Of a stretch of 64,000 nt of DNA, positions 1 to 11,809 are shown in pieces. Source of the stretch: Eledone cirrhosa (taxonomy: Eukaryota). Both the position numbers and the translations under genes were made by a program. Position 1 is the stretch's first letter. The number at the start of each line of letters is the position of its first letter. The notes below the pieces were generated by a model. The model was not told the DNA's origin and did not search any database. It worked only from the letters and a program-made list of their open reading frames with translations. The stretch is from positions 280,240,001-280,304,000 of the forward strand of contig OZ024742.1 in the NCBI GenBank assembly GCA_964016885.1. The letters run 5' to 3'.

Positions 1-1233
1 CAATGAGATATATAATAAATTCCTGCAATCAGTAAGCATATCAATGAATATTTGCCGCGTAACAGAGCTGTGGAAATGTCCAAGGGGTCAGATGTTTATA
101 TATTGTTATATGTCGCATGATTGGTTCTGGCTGGGCGTAGAGAAAATTTAATCGTAATAATTTTCTAAGTATGATCAGAGAAGAAATGTTAAAATCTAGG
201 TATCTCAGCTTGCCAAACTGTATGTAAGCTAAAATTATTTTATTTGAAAGTATGAGGGTATTAAATGGGACTACTGGGTGCGCACCATCCAATGCAAGGC
301 TAGTGCGTAAAATACATAAGTGTCAGCATTTTCACGAGTTTCCCCGTCTAAAAATTTAACTTGTCTACTTATCTGAACATTTCACATTCGTGTTCTAACA
401 CTGAATTGTAATCTTTTTACAATGCGTGTATTTTACAGAATTTAAACACAGCTAGTTTGACTGAAATTCCAGGGATGATTTAGAAATATTTTCGCCGGAA
501 ATGAAGCTGTACTATCAGTTTGACGCCAAAGGGGATTTAAGTTTAGTAAAATAAAGCATTCCAAGGCAACAACAACAACAACAATAACGGCATCAATAGC
601 TGTGACAGTATTAACTTAATTTTGGGTAAAGGAAATCGAGTAAATCGTCGTAGTACCTTATTTTATCAACCCTGAAACGCTGAAAGACAATGGTTGTAAA
701 TTTCAAACGAATTGTTCTTAAATGCTGCAAAGCATTTTGTCCGATGTTCAAACGATTCTGTTGATCAAGCTTTTGGCACTTTATTTTACTGACCTTGGAA
801 GAATATAAAACAAAGTTGATATCAGAGGAATTTAACATCAATTAATGCAGGATTTCACTTTCAATAACAGTTTACATGGGGCTAAGCAACAACCACAAAC
901 ATTAAAACTAAGAATATATTTTATTTCAACATTCAGACGACTTCTTAGAAAAGAAAACAGATCTAATGTTTTCATGTAATTAGTGGTATCAGAACAACTG
1001 TCCCGGAGTGTTGTCCTCAAACATTTTCTATACTTTAACTTGTCCCCGTTTCAATCGGAAATATTAACCGAATAATACATACATACATACGTACATACAT
1101 ACATGCATACACATATTCATACACACGTGCATACATATATGTAGACAGACAGACAAACAGACAGACATATATATTATATTATAATATATTATATTATATC
1201 ATATCATATTATATATCATATTATATTGTATTA

Positions 1234-1421
1234 GGGCGGTGGATTGGCAGTATCGGTAGAGGGTCGGACGCCATGCTTTGACGCATAGAGTTACGGCTCT
1301 TTATGGTATCAGTTCAAATCCCGCCGAGGTTAACTTTACCTTTCATCCTTACGGGGTTGATAAAATAAAGTACCAATAATGCACTGGGTAATTGCTGGCC
1401 TTGTGCCAAAAGTAGAAACAA
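1234..1421 (+). mobile_element. tRNA-derived SINE (octopus OR-like family), copy 1 of a tandem pair
   Basis: A-box-like TGGCAGTATCGGTAG, B-box GTTCAAATCCC, body CCGAGGTTAACTTTACCTTTCATCCT...GGCCTTGTGCCAAAAGTAGAAAC, AT-rich tail; multiple copies in the window. Confidence 0.85.
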
Positions 1422-1434
1422 TTATATTATATTA

Positions 1435-1621
1435 GGGCGGTGGATTGGCAGTATCGGTAGAGAGTGGGACGCCATGCTTTGCAGCAAAGATTAGGGCCCT
1501 TTATGGTATCAGTCCAAATCCAGCCGAGGTTAACTTTGCCTTTCATCCTAACGGGGGTCAATAAAATAAAGTACCAGTAATACACTGGGATAATTGCTGG
1601 CTTGTGCCAAAAGTAGAAACA
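1435..1621 (+). mobile_element. tRNA-derived SINE, copy 2 of the tandem pair
   Basis: Closely similar to 1234-1421, head-to-tail, separated by an (ATT/ATATT)n tail. Confidence 0.85.
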
Positions 1622-2792
1622 ATTATATTATATTATTTTCCATTCAAATTTAGAGAATTTTAAACTAAATTAAATCATGTACGTGGCTTCGTGCTTATTG
1701 TGTTGGGATCACGAACAATAAGTCATAAGTTCTATTGCAGACTATGGTAGGGGACTTTATTTCATTCAGCTGCAGACCATTCATTTGGAATAAACGAGCC
1801 GTACCAATAATTCAAAACGAAACATGTCGCGATGAAACCCACTAGAACTACGTTATGAGCACTCGTATCGGAATAAGGTTCAGCCTTTTGCATGTCAATT
1901 TCGCAACCAGACCGATGCGTCGTTCGAACTACTAGAAGCAATTACCATCGAAACATACGGAAGTCTAACATACACAACCCATATTTTAATCCCTCTAAAG
2001 AAATGCCTTATACTCCGTTCTCACATAATATAATAGCTGTTGGCACCTCCCTTCCTCCAACAACAGCAGGTGACGCCACATAAAGATATGTAGATCCAAC
2101 GTCTTTATGTTGATACAAAGGTATTTTATTTACAAGAAATACGGTGATTTATCTTGTTTTAATTCATGTTTACATTGTAGAAGGTAATTGATGCTTATAT
2201 CACTAGGCAGACAAACGGTTTTATCTCTATACGTGTATGAATGTTTAAAGACATTAGTGAGCAGGATATTTGTTGCGGGTCACTGTGTTCTGAAGTGAAA
2301 TCACACCAAAATCCATTTTGACTTTCTTCTCTCCGAGTCGATAAAAGAAGCTGATTCAGCACACGTCAATTTCCAGCTGTCACATTCTAGATGTTCCGTT
2401 GGGTGATGGGTGGGACTGTCAAGTGACGTTCCTGTGTTTGCTCGTATCGGCTTTAACATACATACAAAAACATTATATGTATGTGTGTGTTTGTATGTGC
2501 GCATGCACGTGCTTGTTTATATAAATATATATATATATATATATAGAATGATAGATATATCGGTTCAATCTGCATTAAGTGCTGACGTGATATATATTTA
2601 ACGAAGAAATATTTTTCTGTGAAATTTTTATTCTTAATATTTTCACAATATTTTTTAAGCTTAGTCGATTGACGTAAATATTTTTAATGTAGTATATTAT
2701 TTATATACATATGAGATATTATATAATATAGATATTAATATAATATATATATATAATATATTGAAAATTGCAAACTCGACTGTCACCACATA

Positions 2793-2831
2793 TGAACCTG
2801 AAGATTGCGAAAGCATGAAAGTACTTGTTCA
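2793..2831 (+). ncRNA. Minimal type I hammerhead ribozyme upstream of PLE ORF1
   Basis: TGAAC-CTGAAGA-tTGCgaaaGCAt-GAAA-GTAC-TT-GTTCA: stem I TGAAC/GTTCA, canonical core, stem II hairpin, palindromic stem III AGTACT. Confidence 0.85.
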
Positions 2832-3033
2832 ATTAACACTTAGAATTTAATATTCTATTATACTATTTCATTATAATACCATTATATATTTTAAAGGATT
2901 GTAAATAAAACGAGTAAATCAGACAAAGTTGGAATTCCTCTTATTAATATAATCTTCTATACACAATCATACACACCCGTGTATATCTACCTATCTATAT
3001 CTATATATATATTCATATTGTGTATATGCCAAC

Positions 3034-4383
3034 ATGTCTGGAAAGCAACAAATGAAACCAACAGAATCAGAAAGAATTCTAAAGGAGATATCATCGAAAT
3101 TATCAACACTTATCACGATGATGGACACACAATCCTCTATTTTAAAGGAAATAGAAAAACAATCTACAGACGGAAAACTTATAACTGAACATATAAACTC
3201 TGAAATTAAGAATTTAGCTGAAATTATACCAACAGTTATCAAAGATACAAGAGAAAGCCTACCACAACCCTCTTGGATGTCAGAAATAAACGAAAGAAAT
3301 TTGGAAAACAAAACACATCGAATAAGAAAAGAAATTTGGAAGACATGGAAAAAATTCCTTAACATAAGAAAACAAAATTTCTGGAAAGCATACAGATGCG
3401 AAAAATATGTCGAAACACATTCGAAATGGCTCTCTCTAACGGCACCCATACTCCCTCGTAAATACCTAATTACAGAAATTGCAGGAGAACCAGAAGAAGA
3501 AACAAAACTCCGATGGGAACTTACATTGACAAAATTCAGGACCGACATCTCCATTGCTGAATGTAAACAATCCCGCTACAAAGCCAAATATGAAGCTATT
3601 GATGACCAAATTGAAGTTGAAATTTCAAAGCTAACGACTGGTATTATAGCTGAAAAACTACGAGAACTATGGATCGGAGATATCTCAAAAGAAGAAAACA
3701 AATCAAGAAAGGTATGGCAGCAGAAACAATTATTTCTCGATGAATATGCTGCAAATTACGGTAAACACTCTGGAACGCTGAGAAAAAGCATTAAAAGTGG
3801 ACAATCTCATCAACACAACATACGCCAGAACACGTGCCAACACAAACACTCACCTTACCTTGAATCAAAGAAGAACTACGGTAATAACTCTTCGCTTTTT
3901 CTACAAAAACACCCTATCGCACACAACATGAACAAAAAGCACAAACACGATAGATATTCCTTTGACCAGACCATGAGAAGTAGTAAAACCAGGAGATCAT
4001 TCTCAAGATCTCAACAGAGACTACCAACAAGGAATGTGGAAACAAAACATAGAATAACCAGATCACTCTCAAGATCTCAAAAGAGATTGCCCACAAGAAA
4101 CTGGACGAAAAAACAATCTAAACCTGAAAGCAAACCTAGGTCATTTTCCCAGATTGTTAAAAATAATGCTAACAGGAAGAAAAATAATATACAGAATACC
4201 AAAAATAGGACAAAATACATAACGAAACCAAATATAATATCACGACCAAAAGTTCATCAAGCGAACACCAACAGGAATATAAATCCTGAACAGAGAAAAA
4301 TCCATTTTTTAACGTCAGGACAACAAAAACCGGAAAAAGAAAAACTCCAGGAGGAAACATATCCAAAACAGCTGTACACGTAG
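3034..4383 (+). CDS. PLE ORF1: 449-aa protein with helical/coiled-coil-like N-terminus and basic K/R/S-rich C-terminus
   Basis: Uninterrupted 449-codon ORF between the HHR and the RT frame; overlaps the RT frame by ~94 nt. Confidence 0.75.
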   Translation: MSGKQQMKPTESERILKEISSKLSTLITMMDTQSSILKEIEKQSTDGKLITEHINSEIKNLAEIIPTVIKDTRESLPQPSWMSEINERNLENKTHRIRKEIWKTWKKFLNIRKQNFWKAYRCEKYVETHSKWLSLTAPILPRKYLITEIAGEPEEETKLRWELTLTKFRTDISIAECKQSRYKAKYEAIDDQIEVEISKLTTGIIAEKLRELWIGDISKEENKSRKVWQQKQLFLDEYAANYGKHSGTLRKSIKSGQSHQHNIRQNTCQHKHSPYLESKKNYGNNSSLFLQKHPIAHNMNKKHKHDRYSFDQTMRSSKTRRSFSRSQQRLPTRNVETKHRITRSLSRSQKRLPTRNWTKKQSKPESKPRSFSQIVKNNANRKKNNIQNTKNRTKYITKPNIISRPKVHQANTNRNINPEQRKIHFLTSGQQKPEKEKLQEETYPKQLYT

Positions 4384-5159
4384 ATCCTAAAATAATTAAT
4401 TTATCTAAAAGAGATCTTGACAATGATGAAATGCAAATTCTGTCAAAAGGACTGAAATTCACACCGACTCCAACAGTCAACCACCAAGAACTGAAGGAGG
4501 ATACCCAAGAATTCTGTCGAAAATTACGTCTTGTAGAATTCTTCGCTGATAAAAATAATGAGAGTGATGAATCACTAGTAAAGAATAAATCAAATTTCAC
4601 TCCGCCAAAAGGAAGAAATATCTATCTCGACCAATACATTGACATCCTGTCTAAATTTCCTCTTAGACATAATACTAATGTTAGGCCAAACATTAACAAA
4701 TCAGAAATATCTGCACTTAAAGGTATACAAAATGATAAAACAATAATAATTAAACAAGCAGATAAAGGGGGTGCAGTTGTTATAATGGATACTGAATACT
4801 ACAAGGATTTGGTTGAGGAACAACTGAAAGACACAACATTCTATCATGAAATACCGTCAAATATAGACCACAACATCATGAAGAAGATCAACAACCTGGC
4901 TTCAAGATACCACAACTCATTTACTGATAAGGAAAGAGACTACATCACCAATTTTGAGCCGAAACCCAGCAACCTGTATGGCCTACCGAAAGTTCATAAG
5001 TCAAAAGAAATACAACTGGCAGTAAGAGAACAAAACAGTGAATACATTAAATTATTACACCCAAAAGACTTAAAACTTAGACCTATTATAGCTGGTCCAA
5101 CATGCCCCACCCACCGTCTAAGCAATTTTGTTGACATTATTTTGAAAACATTATTTTGA
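4290..5159 (+). pseudogene. PLE reverse transcriptase N-terminal part (frame open from 4290; catalytic core deleted)
   Basis: PLE RT motifs up to HRLSNFVDIILK, then no RT core; frame is -1 relative to ORF1. Confidence 0.85.
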
Positions 5160-5485
5160 AAACAAAAACTGGAAACATATTCCCAAATGCAAATATGAAC
5201 TGCAAAAGCAGAAATCTAATTTACTGCATTAAATGCCCGAATTGTGAAGAACTATATGTCGGTCAAACTGGAAATGCACTATCGGAACGTGCACGGGTAC
5301 ACCGTCAACAAATCAGAGACCCAAATGTCCGTCAGATACCCCTAAGCGGCCACCTGGCAACATGTGGTCAGGGAATATTTATAATATTCCCATTCTACAA
5401 ATTACACAGCCCAAGTGAAATCAAGAGAAAAATCAAAGAAAAGAATTTTATTGATAAATTCAAACCCAAGCTAAATGAACAATAA
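5156..5485 (+). pseudogene. PLE GIY-YIG endonuclease domain
   Basis: CKSRNLIYCIKCPNCEELYVGQTG..LSERARVHR...E..FI..FKPKLN. Confidence 0.9.
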
Positions 5486-5847
5486 TAACGCTTAGGGGTA
5501 CTACTTCTACTACCACTATGACCACGACCACTAACAACAACAACAATAATAATAATAATAAAAGTGATGTTGATGGTGATGATTAATAGAAAATGCTATT
5601 TTCATCATTTCTAAACATAGCAAAACAATTGATGTTTTGGATATGTTCATTGGTCGTTAGCATGCTCAACCAGCCGTGACGCTTAAACCAATCAGCTTTA
5701 GTAATTCAGTGAAACTACATACTGAAAATATAGTTTCCATTTATCAATATTTTTTATATATATATATGTAGGTTATACTTGGAGTAATACTAATTCAAGA
5801 GATAAGAGTAACATGGTTGTCTGTACACTAAGGGCTTTATTCACAGT

Positions 5848-5954
5848 GCTGACAATTGTTTCTTTCATCTGGTAGGTATAGAGTTCGCTAATCGCTAGAT
5901 GTTGTGTCAATCGAACTCCAATACTTTGTTTATAACCAGTTAATTCATCAGAGC
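5848..5954 (-). ncRNA. Hammerhead motif with long stem II in a short pLTR-like repeat (5770-5960)
   Basis: GCT-CTGATGA-(long insert)-GAAA-CAATTG-TC-AGC followed by AATAAA; homolog at 28583-28691. Confidence 0.7.
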
Positions 5955-5959
5955 GAGCG

Positions 5960-6035
<76 letters not shown>

Positions 6036-6833
6036 ATATACTTTTTTGCGTATTTGTTTTGCAAGTTTCTTAACGTGAAATCGCAAGATGACAACCGATT
6101 TTGTTTGTAAAATGTTGGGTGATCATGTAGCCAGTATTGCCAATACAAAGAAACACGCGCTCCACATGGATTTAATTTTTTAATAAGAAAGACGAAAATG
6201 AACAAAACAGAACGTATAGTCACTGAGGAGGTCACAGAATGTGTGATGAAATAACGGTGGCCAACTAACGAATAATTAGTGATAAAGATAAAATGAAAAA
6301 AGTGAAAACAAAAGTGGGGGCGGCATTGTTTATTTGTATTGGCACTACTTTCAACACAGCCATCCCTAAAATTAACAATATATATGTATATATATTGTTA
6401 ATTTTCAGCAGTGTGTTCCGTGAAGGGACGGAAGTAAGAGAAAAGTAATTTACTCAATGCATGAATTACAGAGTGAACGTTATTTCATTTCATTGGGAGA
6501 TGATTTTTAGAGGACAAGTTCTGCTTGATTAGGTGATGGAATTTACAGGAATAATCCGTATATATAATATATGCGCGTATTATGTATGTATGTACGTGCG
6601 TATATATGTATGTATGCATGTATGCATGCATGTATGTATGCATGTATGTATGTATGCATGCATGCATACATATATGCATACATATATGTATGTATGTATG
6701 TAATATATGTAGTTATGTATCCCAGGGTGTTTTGTAGAAATGCTCAATCTATAGTTCGTTCTCCAGATGGTGAGACAGAGCTCTTTAACATAGTGGTTGA
6801 CGACCTCCAAGGATATATATATATATATATATA

Positions 6834-6981
6834 AAGTGGTTACACAACAGTTAGTTCACCATACAGAAGACAATTGTTTCACATTAGCGGATCCGCAGCT
6901 CGTAATCGTTTACGAGCTGAGGATCCGCTAGGGTGAAACAATTGTTCACTGTATGGTGAACTAACTGTTGTGTAACCACTT
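6834..6981. repeat. ~70-bp-arm palindrome containing a hammerhead core
   Basis: Arms AAGTGGTTACACAACAG.../...CTGTTGTGTAACCACTT; right arm has CTGAGGA-tccgctagggt-GAAACAATTGT; (TA)n on both sides. Confidence 0.85.
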
Positions 6982-7016
6982 CTACCTAAATCGTCCCATG
7001 GACAGAAGTCTTCTAA

Positions 7017-7056
<40 letters not shown>

Positions 7057-7058
<2 letters not shown>

Positions 7059-7210
7059 TGGCTGCCAACTCGTTTTCGAGTACGGCCACTACTGTATATC
7101 AATATAGGAGAACCCCTTCCGATGCGCTGAACGAGTGTGACGTTTTAGTCCAGCCAGCGACTTGAAAAGGCTGGTACAAACACTACACTTGCGAGAATTA
7201 TTGACATATA
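7057..7210 (-). mobile_element. 5'-truncated copy of the RTE-derived element that forms the 34.9-38.3 kb array
   Basis: Matches the array unit end; minus strand encodes CSVCTSLFKSLAGLKRHTRSAH. Confidence 0.8.
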
Positions 7211-7273
7211 GTGTTGATATATATATATATACATATATACATATATACATATATACATATATACATATTATTA

Positions 7274-7304
<31 letters not shown>

Positions 7305-7488
7305 ATTATTTCTACGTTTGGCACAAGGCCAGCAATTACCCCAGTGTAGTACTTGCACTTTATTTTATCGACCTCGTAAGGATGAAAGGTAAAGTTAACC
7401 TCGGCGGGATTTGAACTCAGTCCGTAAAGGGACGTAACTGTGCTGCAAAGCATGACATCTGACCCTCTACCGATACTGCCAATCCACT
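7305..7488 (-). mobile_element. tRNA-derived SINE (same family as 1234)
   Basis: Reverse complement of the 1234-1421 family, with B-box GGGATTTGAAC on +. Confidence 0.85.
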
Positions 7489-7544
7489 AATGTCCTCAAC
7501 ACTGATGCGTCACTTCACTTAATTTCAAGCCACACATGTATATA

Positions 7545-7611
<67 letters not shown>

Positions 7612-8439
7612 CTGTGTGTGTGAAAATATTTTGATATGAGTCCAAACGTCTTATGAGAAAATCGTTACTTGAGTCCGGTCTATCATATAGATTAGTATTG
7701 GTAAATATAACGCTATCATAGTTGCGGAATCGAAGTGTTATCGAATCCGAACCAACTAATTTACGAAGCAATCTGCTTGAGCCATACATTCATGCTTTAT
7801 CCGATACCTACACCAATTTATATACATATATGTATATATAGGAAAAGAGTCTGGATCCCGACGGCTGAGCTTCGGCCGTTTCGGCAGCTAGATCCGAACG
7901 AGTATTCTGGTGCGTTATGGTCAACCTGGTTACTTATCACACTTTTTTTGTCATATATATATATATATATATATACTTATATTCAAGTAATTAAATGTAG
8001 TTTTGTGTCTATATGTCTGTTTGCGGGTGTATGTATATTTCTTAGCGTGAGTTTGATTTAACCCTTATTTCTTTATCCTCTCTATCTCTGTATATTTTGA
8101 ATTATTTCAAAATTTAAACCTAAACTTTAGTTGACAGCATGTGACATTTGACCGTTGAGATTCATTCTTATTTATTCTATTCATTATTACTTATCAATAT
8201 TTATCTTTATCTTTATTGTACGAAATGACGTATATTTCACACTCCTTTTATAAGCGATTTCATCAGACAGCAAATTCTCTAAATAACCCAATAAAATATT
8301 CTGCTAACATAATTTAAACTCATGACTTCGTGACCTGATGACCATCTGAACATTTTCCCCACATTGAATTAATTTCAAAATAAACAAAGACATTTGAATT
8401 AAATCATAAAAAATATTTTTTACAGAATTCCAAAATAAT

Positions 8440-8990
8440 AATGGTTTCTAAATTTGGTCATGGCCAGCAATTATGAAAAATGGAAAATGGAAAGTAGAAA
8501 GTGGATTAAACCGACTCCAGTACTTGAGTGTTACTTTATTTAGTAGAACCTGAAAGGATTAAATGAAAAGTTGATGTCGAATGGAGTTGAACTCAGAGCA
8601 CAAAAATACCGTAAATGTTCATATCCGATATTTCAATAATCCTCCAATTCCTCCAATTCACCACCTAAATAATTGCAATCGTTGTTTCTACTTTTGGCAC
8701 AAGACCAGCAATTGACTTTATTGTATCGACAACGTAAAGATGAATAGCAAAGGAAACCGCAGCAGGATTTGAACTGAGAGAGTAAAGGGTCGTAACATTA
8801 TTCTCAAAAGCATATTATCCGACTTGCTAAACATACTGCCAATCCCCAGCATTCATAATGATAATTATAATAATTGTTTCTACATTTGGCACAAGGCCAG
8901 CAAATACCTAGTACGTTACTGGTACTTTATTTTATCGACCCCGTAAGGATGAAAGGCAAAGTTAACCTCGGCGGGATTTGAACTCAGACT
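8440..8990 (-). mobile_element. Cluster of three diverged or truncated SINE copies
   Basis: Repeated TTTGGCACAAGGCCAGCAA...GGATTTGAACTCAG-like blocks at ~8445, ~8685, ~8875. Confidence 0.75.
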
Positions 8991-9452
8991 GTAATAATGT
9001 CTAAATACTTATTGGTTACAAGTTTACAAATTACGTATGACATGCCGTAAGTGATTTGAAGATGCTCATACATTTCCGAAATAAACCTTTTTATTGTTGT
9101 TGTTGTTTAGGCACACAGCCTCGATAGTGTACAACTATAATTCAAAAGTACCTCAGTCGTGACTATGTCTTATTTTGGTTCACCATCTTCTAAATGTTAA
9201 ATAAGGTTCAGAAAGAAGAATTAGCTGAATAGTTAGAGAGTCGGACAGACGCCGTTTTGCTGATTTTTGGCTAATGTCTTGTGTTCTGCGTTCAAATACT
9301 GTCAGAGTGGTGGTGGCCGTAGTATTAATTATGGTGATAAAAGTAGTAATTATGGCTGTAGTTCTAGTAATGATGATGGTGATACTAGATATAGTGGTGG
9401 TAGTGGTGCTAGTGGTAGTATTGGGGCTGGTGATAGTAGTAGGAGTAATAAT

Positions 9453-9653
9453 GGTTTCTGATTTAGGAACAAGGCCATTAATTTTACGGGAGGACAAAGT
9501 CGATTAAATCAACACCAGTGCGTTATTGTACTTTATTTTATCGACTTCGTAATAAAGAAAGGGGTAGGATTTGAACTCGGAACATAAAGGTCCGTAACTC
9601 TCTGCTGCAAAGCATGTTATCCGGCGCGCTACTGATACTGCCAATCCACCGCC
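9453..9653 (-). mobile_element. tRNA-derived SINE
   Basis: Ends in GATACTGCCAATCCACCGCC (SINE head reverse complement); B-box present. Confidence 0.8.
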
Positions 9654-9865
9654 ATAGTAGTAAGAGTAATAACATTAGTGGTGACAGTCGTATCAGTAGT
9701 AGTATGAGGGGTATGTGTAGATGGTTATCTATTTTGAAATAACCAATCCACGACACCTGATTTGTTGCTTTCTCCTCACCCCCATATGTCAAGGATAGTT
9801 TTCAGGGACTACGTCATACTTCTATGTTTCTCTTTATCTTTATCTCTGTATGCACACTCACGCAA

Positions 9866-9878
9866 ACACACCCACACA

Positions 9879-9971
<93 letters not shown>

Positions 9972-9979
9972 ACACATAT

Positions 9980-10072
<93 letters not shown>

Positions 10073-10100
10073 GTGTGTGTGTATATATATATATACATCA
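9866..10100. repeat. Compound (CA)n(TA)n microsatellite
   Basis: Direct inspection. Confidence 0.95.
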
Positions 10101-11197
10101 ATACTGCAGGGTTCAGTAAACTGCTGCAATTTGGACGGTGTCCAACATGAATAAATGAACAGATGGATATTTTGACGTCACCAATTGAAAAGGTGAAATA
10201 TAAAATATTTAGTTATATCATGCCTAGAGCGATACGAGATTTATCACTGGAGTCCTCTATCTCGCTGTTCCACTTACAAGATCTTATCGCAATAGGGAAC
10301 CACAATGGACGAATGCTATGAAGAGAGAGAGAGACAAAGAGAGAGAGGGTGGGCGTGGGACATAAAAGGAGAGAGAAAATGAGAGAGACTAAATTAGGAG
10401 AATATAAATGTTGATGGAGAGAGAGCGAAAAGGAGAGAAGGATACAGAGAGAAAAGGTTAGAGAACGAGAAAGAGATGCTGAGAGAGGGGAGAGAATGCT
10501 AGAAAGAGAGAGATGGAGAGGAAAAGGGGGAGAGAGAGAACTGCTTAGCTTAATCCATTTATTGAACAAGAATATAGTCCAATTGTATTCCCACCCGCAC
10601 CATTCATTTGCAGCATTTTAAAGGAGTCACGGTAGACTGAATCGATAGAATGCAGACAACCAGCCGTGAGAGGTTGAGAGATGGTGGGTATGTGTGATTT
10701 GCGACGTATGATCGGTATCGGTGTGATTGGTTGTGTAGGTTTGTGTTGGGCCTCCGTCTGTTCAAACGATGATTGGTCCAGTTGTGTGGAGAACCGAACA
10801 GCTTGATCCTGAAATTAATTTGCGAGTGCCTGAGTATTCAACAGTCATATGTACGGTTACCGTAATTCTGACGCTGATTGATCAGCGCACAGTATGTGAC
10901 ATGACAATCCCTTTAAATTACAGGTCCAGCTTATTTTTTTGCAAAATAAAGTGCTACGCTAAAGTATACAATATCCTTATCTTGACTTTTCAATGATACG
11001 AGAGAGCTGGACACTTATTGGAGGAGCTGATTATTGAAGATCAAGTCATCTCCAATTTAAGTCCATATCGAATGGTAAGGTATGATAGGGGGCTGCTTGT
11101 CCGAGTAGTAAATCTTTTAAATCGTAAGTCCTCGGGTTCAATTTTCTGATAATGTCCGAGCGAGAATATTACACAATAAGATACAATGAGGATTTTT

Positions 11198-11400
11198 GCT
11201 TTAGGTTCAAATCTAGCAATTTGAAGAGAAGGGAAGTCGATTTAATTGCGTTAGTAATTCACGGATACTATATTTTACTATATTTTACCGATTCCGAAAA
11301 TATGTAAAGTAAAGTTTAACCCTGGCGTAATTCGAACTCAGAACGTAACAAAGTGTCACCAAGCATTCTGTCCGGTGTTCTAACGATTTAGCCAGTCGAC
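11198..11400 (-). mobile_element. Diverged SINE copy
   Basis: AAAGTTTAACCCTGGCGTAATTCGAACTCAGAACGTAA...TAACGATTTAGCCAGTCG resembles the SINE family. Confidence 0.6.
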
Positions 11401-11809
11401 CCCATTTATAAGTTTAAATAATGAATTCACTTATATACAGAAATGACTGCGAATAGGCAGAGCCTGTCCAATGTCGGATAGCATTATTTGCGGTATGTGC
11501 CTTACGAGAAAATCAGGACATACGTGTCCGTACATACATTTATACAAAAGAAGAAAGAAAAGACGTGATAGTAATGATTGGAAAGTCTCCTTTATTGATG
11601 ATCTTGTTCCACCTAGGTTTGAAATAAACCTAGATGAGATTCCAGTTACGTTTCCTGTTACAAACTACACACGTTCACTCTCACTGTCTCTGTCTCTCCA
11701 CATAGAACCTTGCACTATTTGTATTATAATATGCTTGAACCTGAGTAATTACACCTGTTTTAACGCATAAAATAATTGTCTCTTAGATCTTTCATAACCT
11801 CCTTTAGGT

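Larger units (their letters stand above)
2780..5500 (+). mobile_element. Penelope-like element (GIY-YIG type), two ORFs, internally deleted
   Basis: 5' HHR, ORF1, RT N-terminus (KIINLS..LSKGLKFTPTP, IIIKQADKGGAVV, LYGLPKVHK, LRPII) and GIY-YIG endonuclease. Confidence 0.9.

Noticed and set aside
41-1020. Short minus-strand ORFs with LRR-like phrases (LILSNKII, LRYLDF, NALQHLRTIRL)
   Set aside because: No consistent LxxLxLxxN periodicity and the frames are broken by stops; a host gene or pseudogene cannot be supported without a search
2991-3554. 187-aa antisense ORF over ORF1
   Set aside because: Shadow frame of an A-rich coding strand with no recognisable motifs
9180-9507. Thr/Val/Gly-Ser-rich ORFs
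   Set aside because: Degenerate (GTA/GTG)n trinucleotide tract next to a SINE tail
11085-11150. tRNA gene
   Set aside because: Only degenerate A/B-box-like sequence with no cloverleaf; more likely an old SINE head (likewise ~1680-1750)
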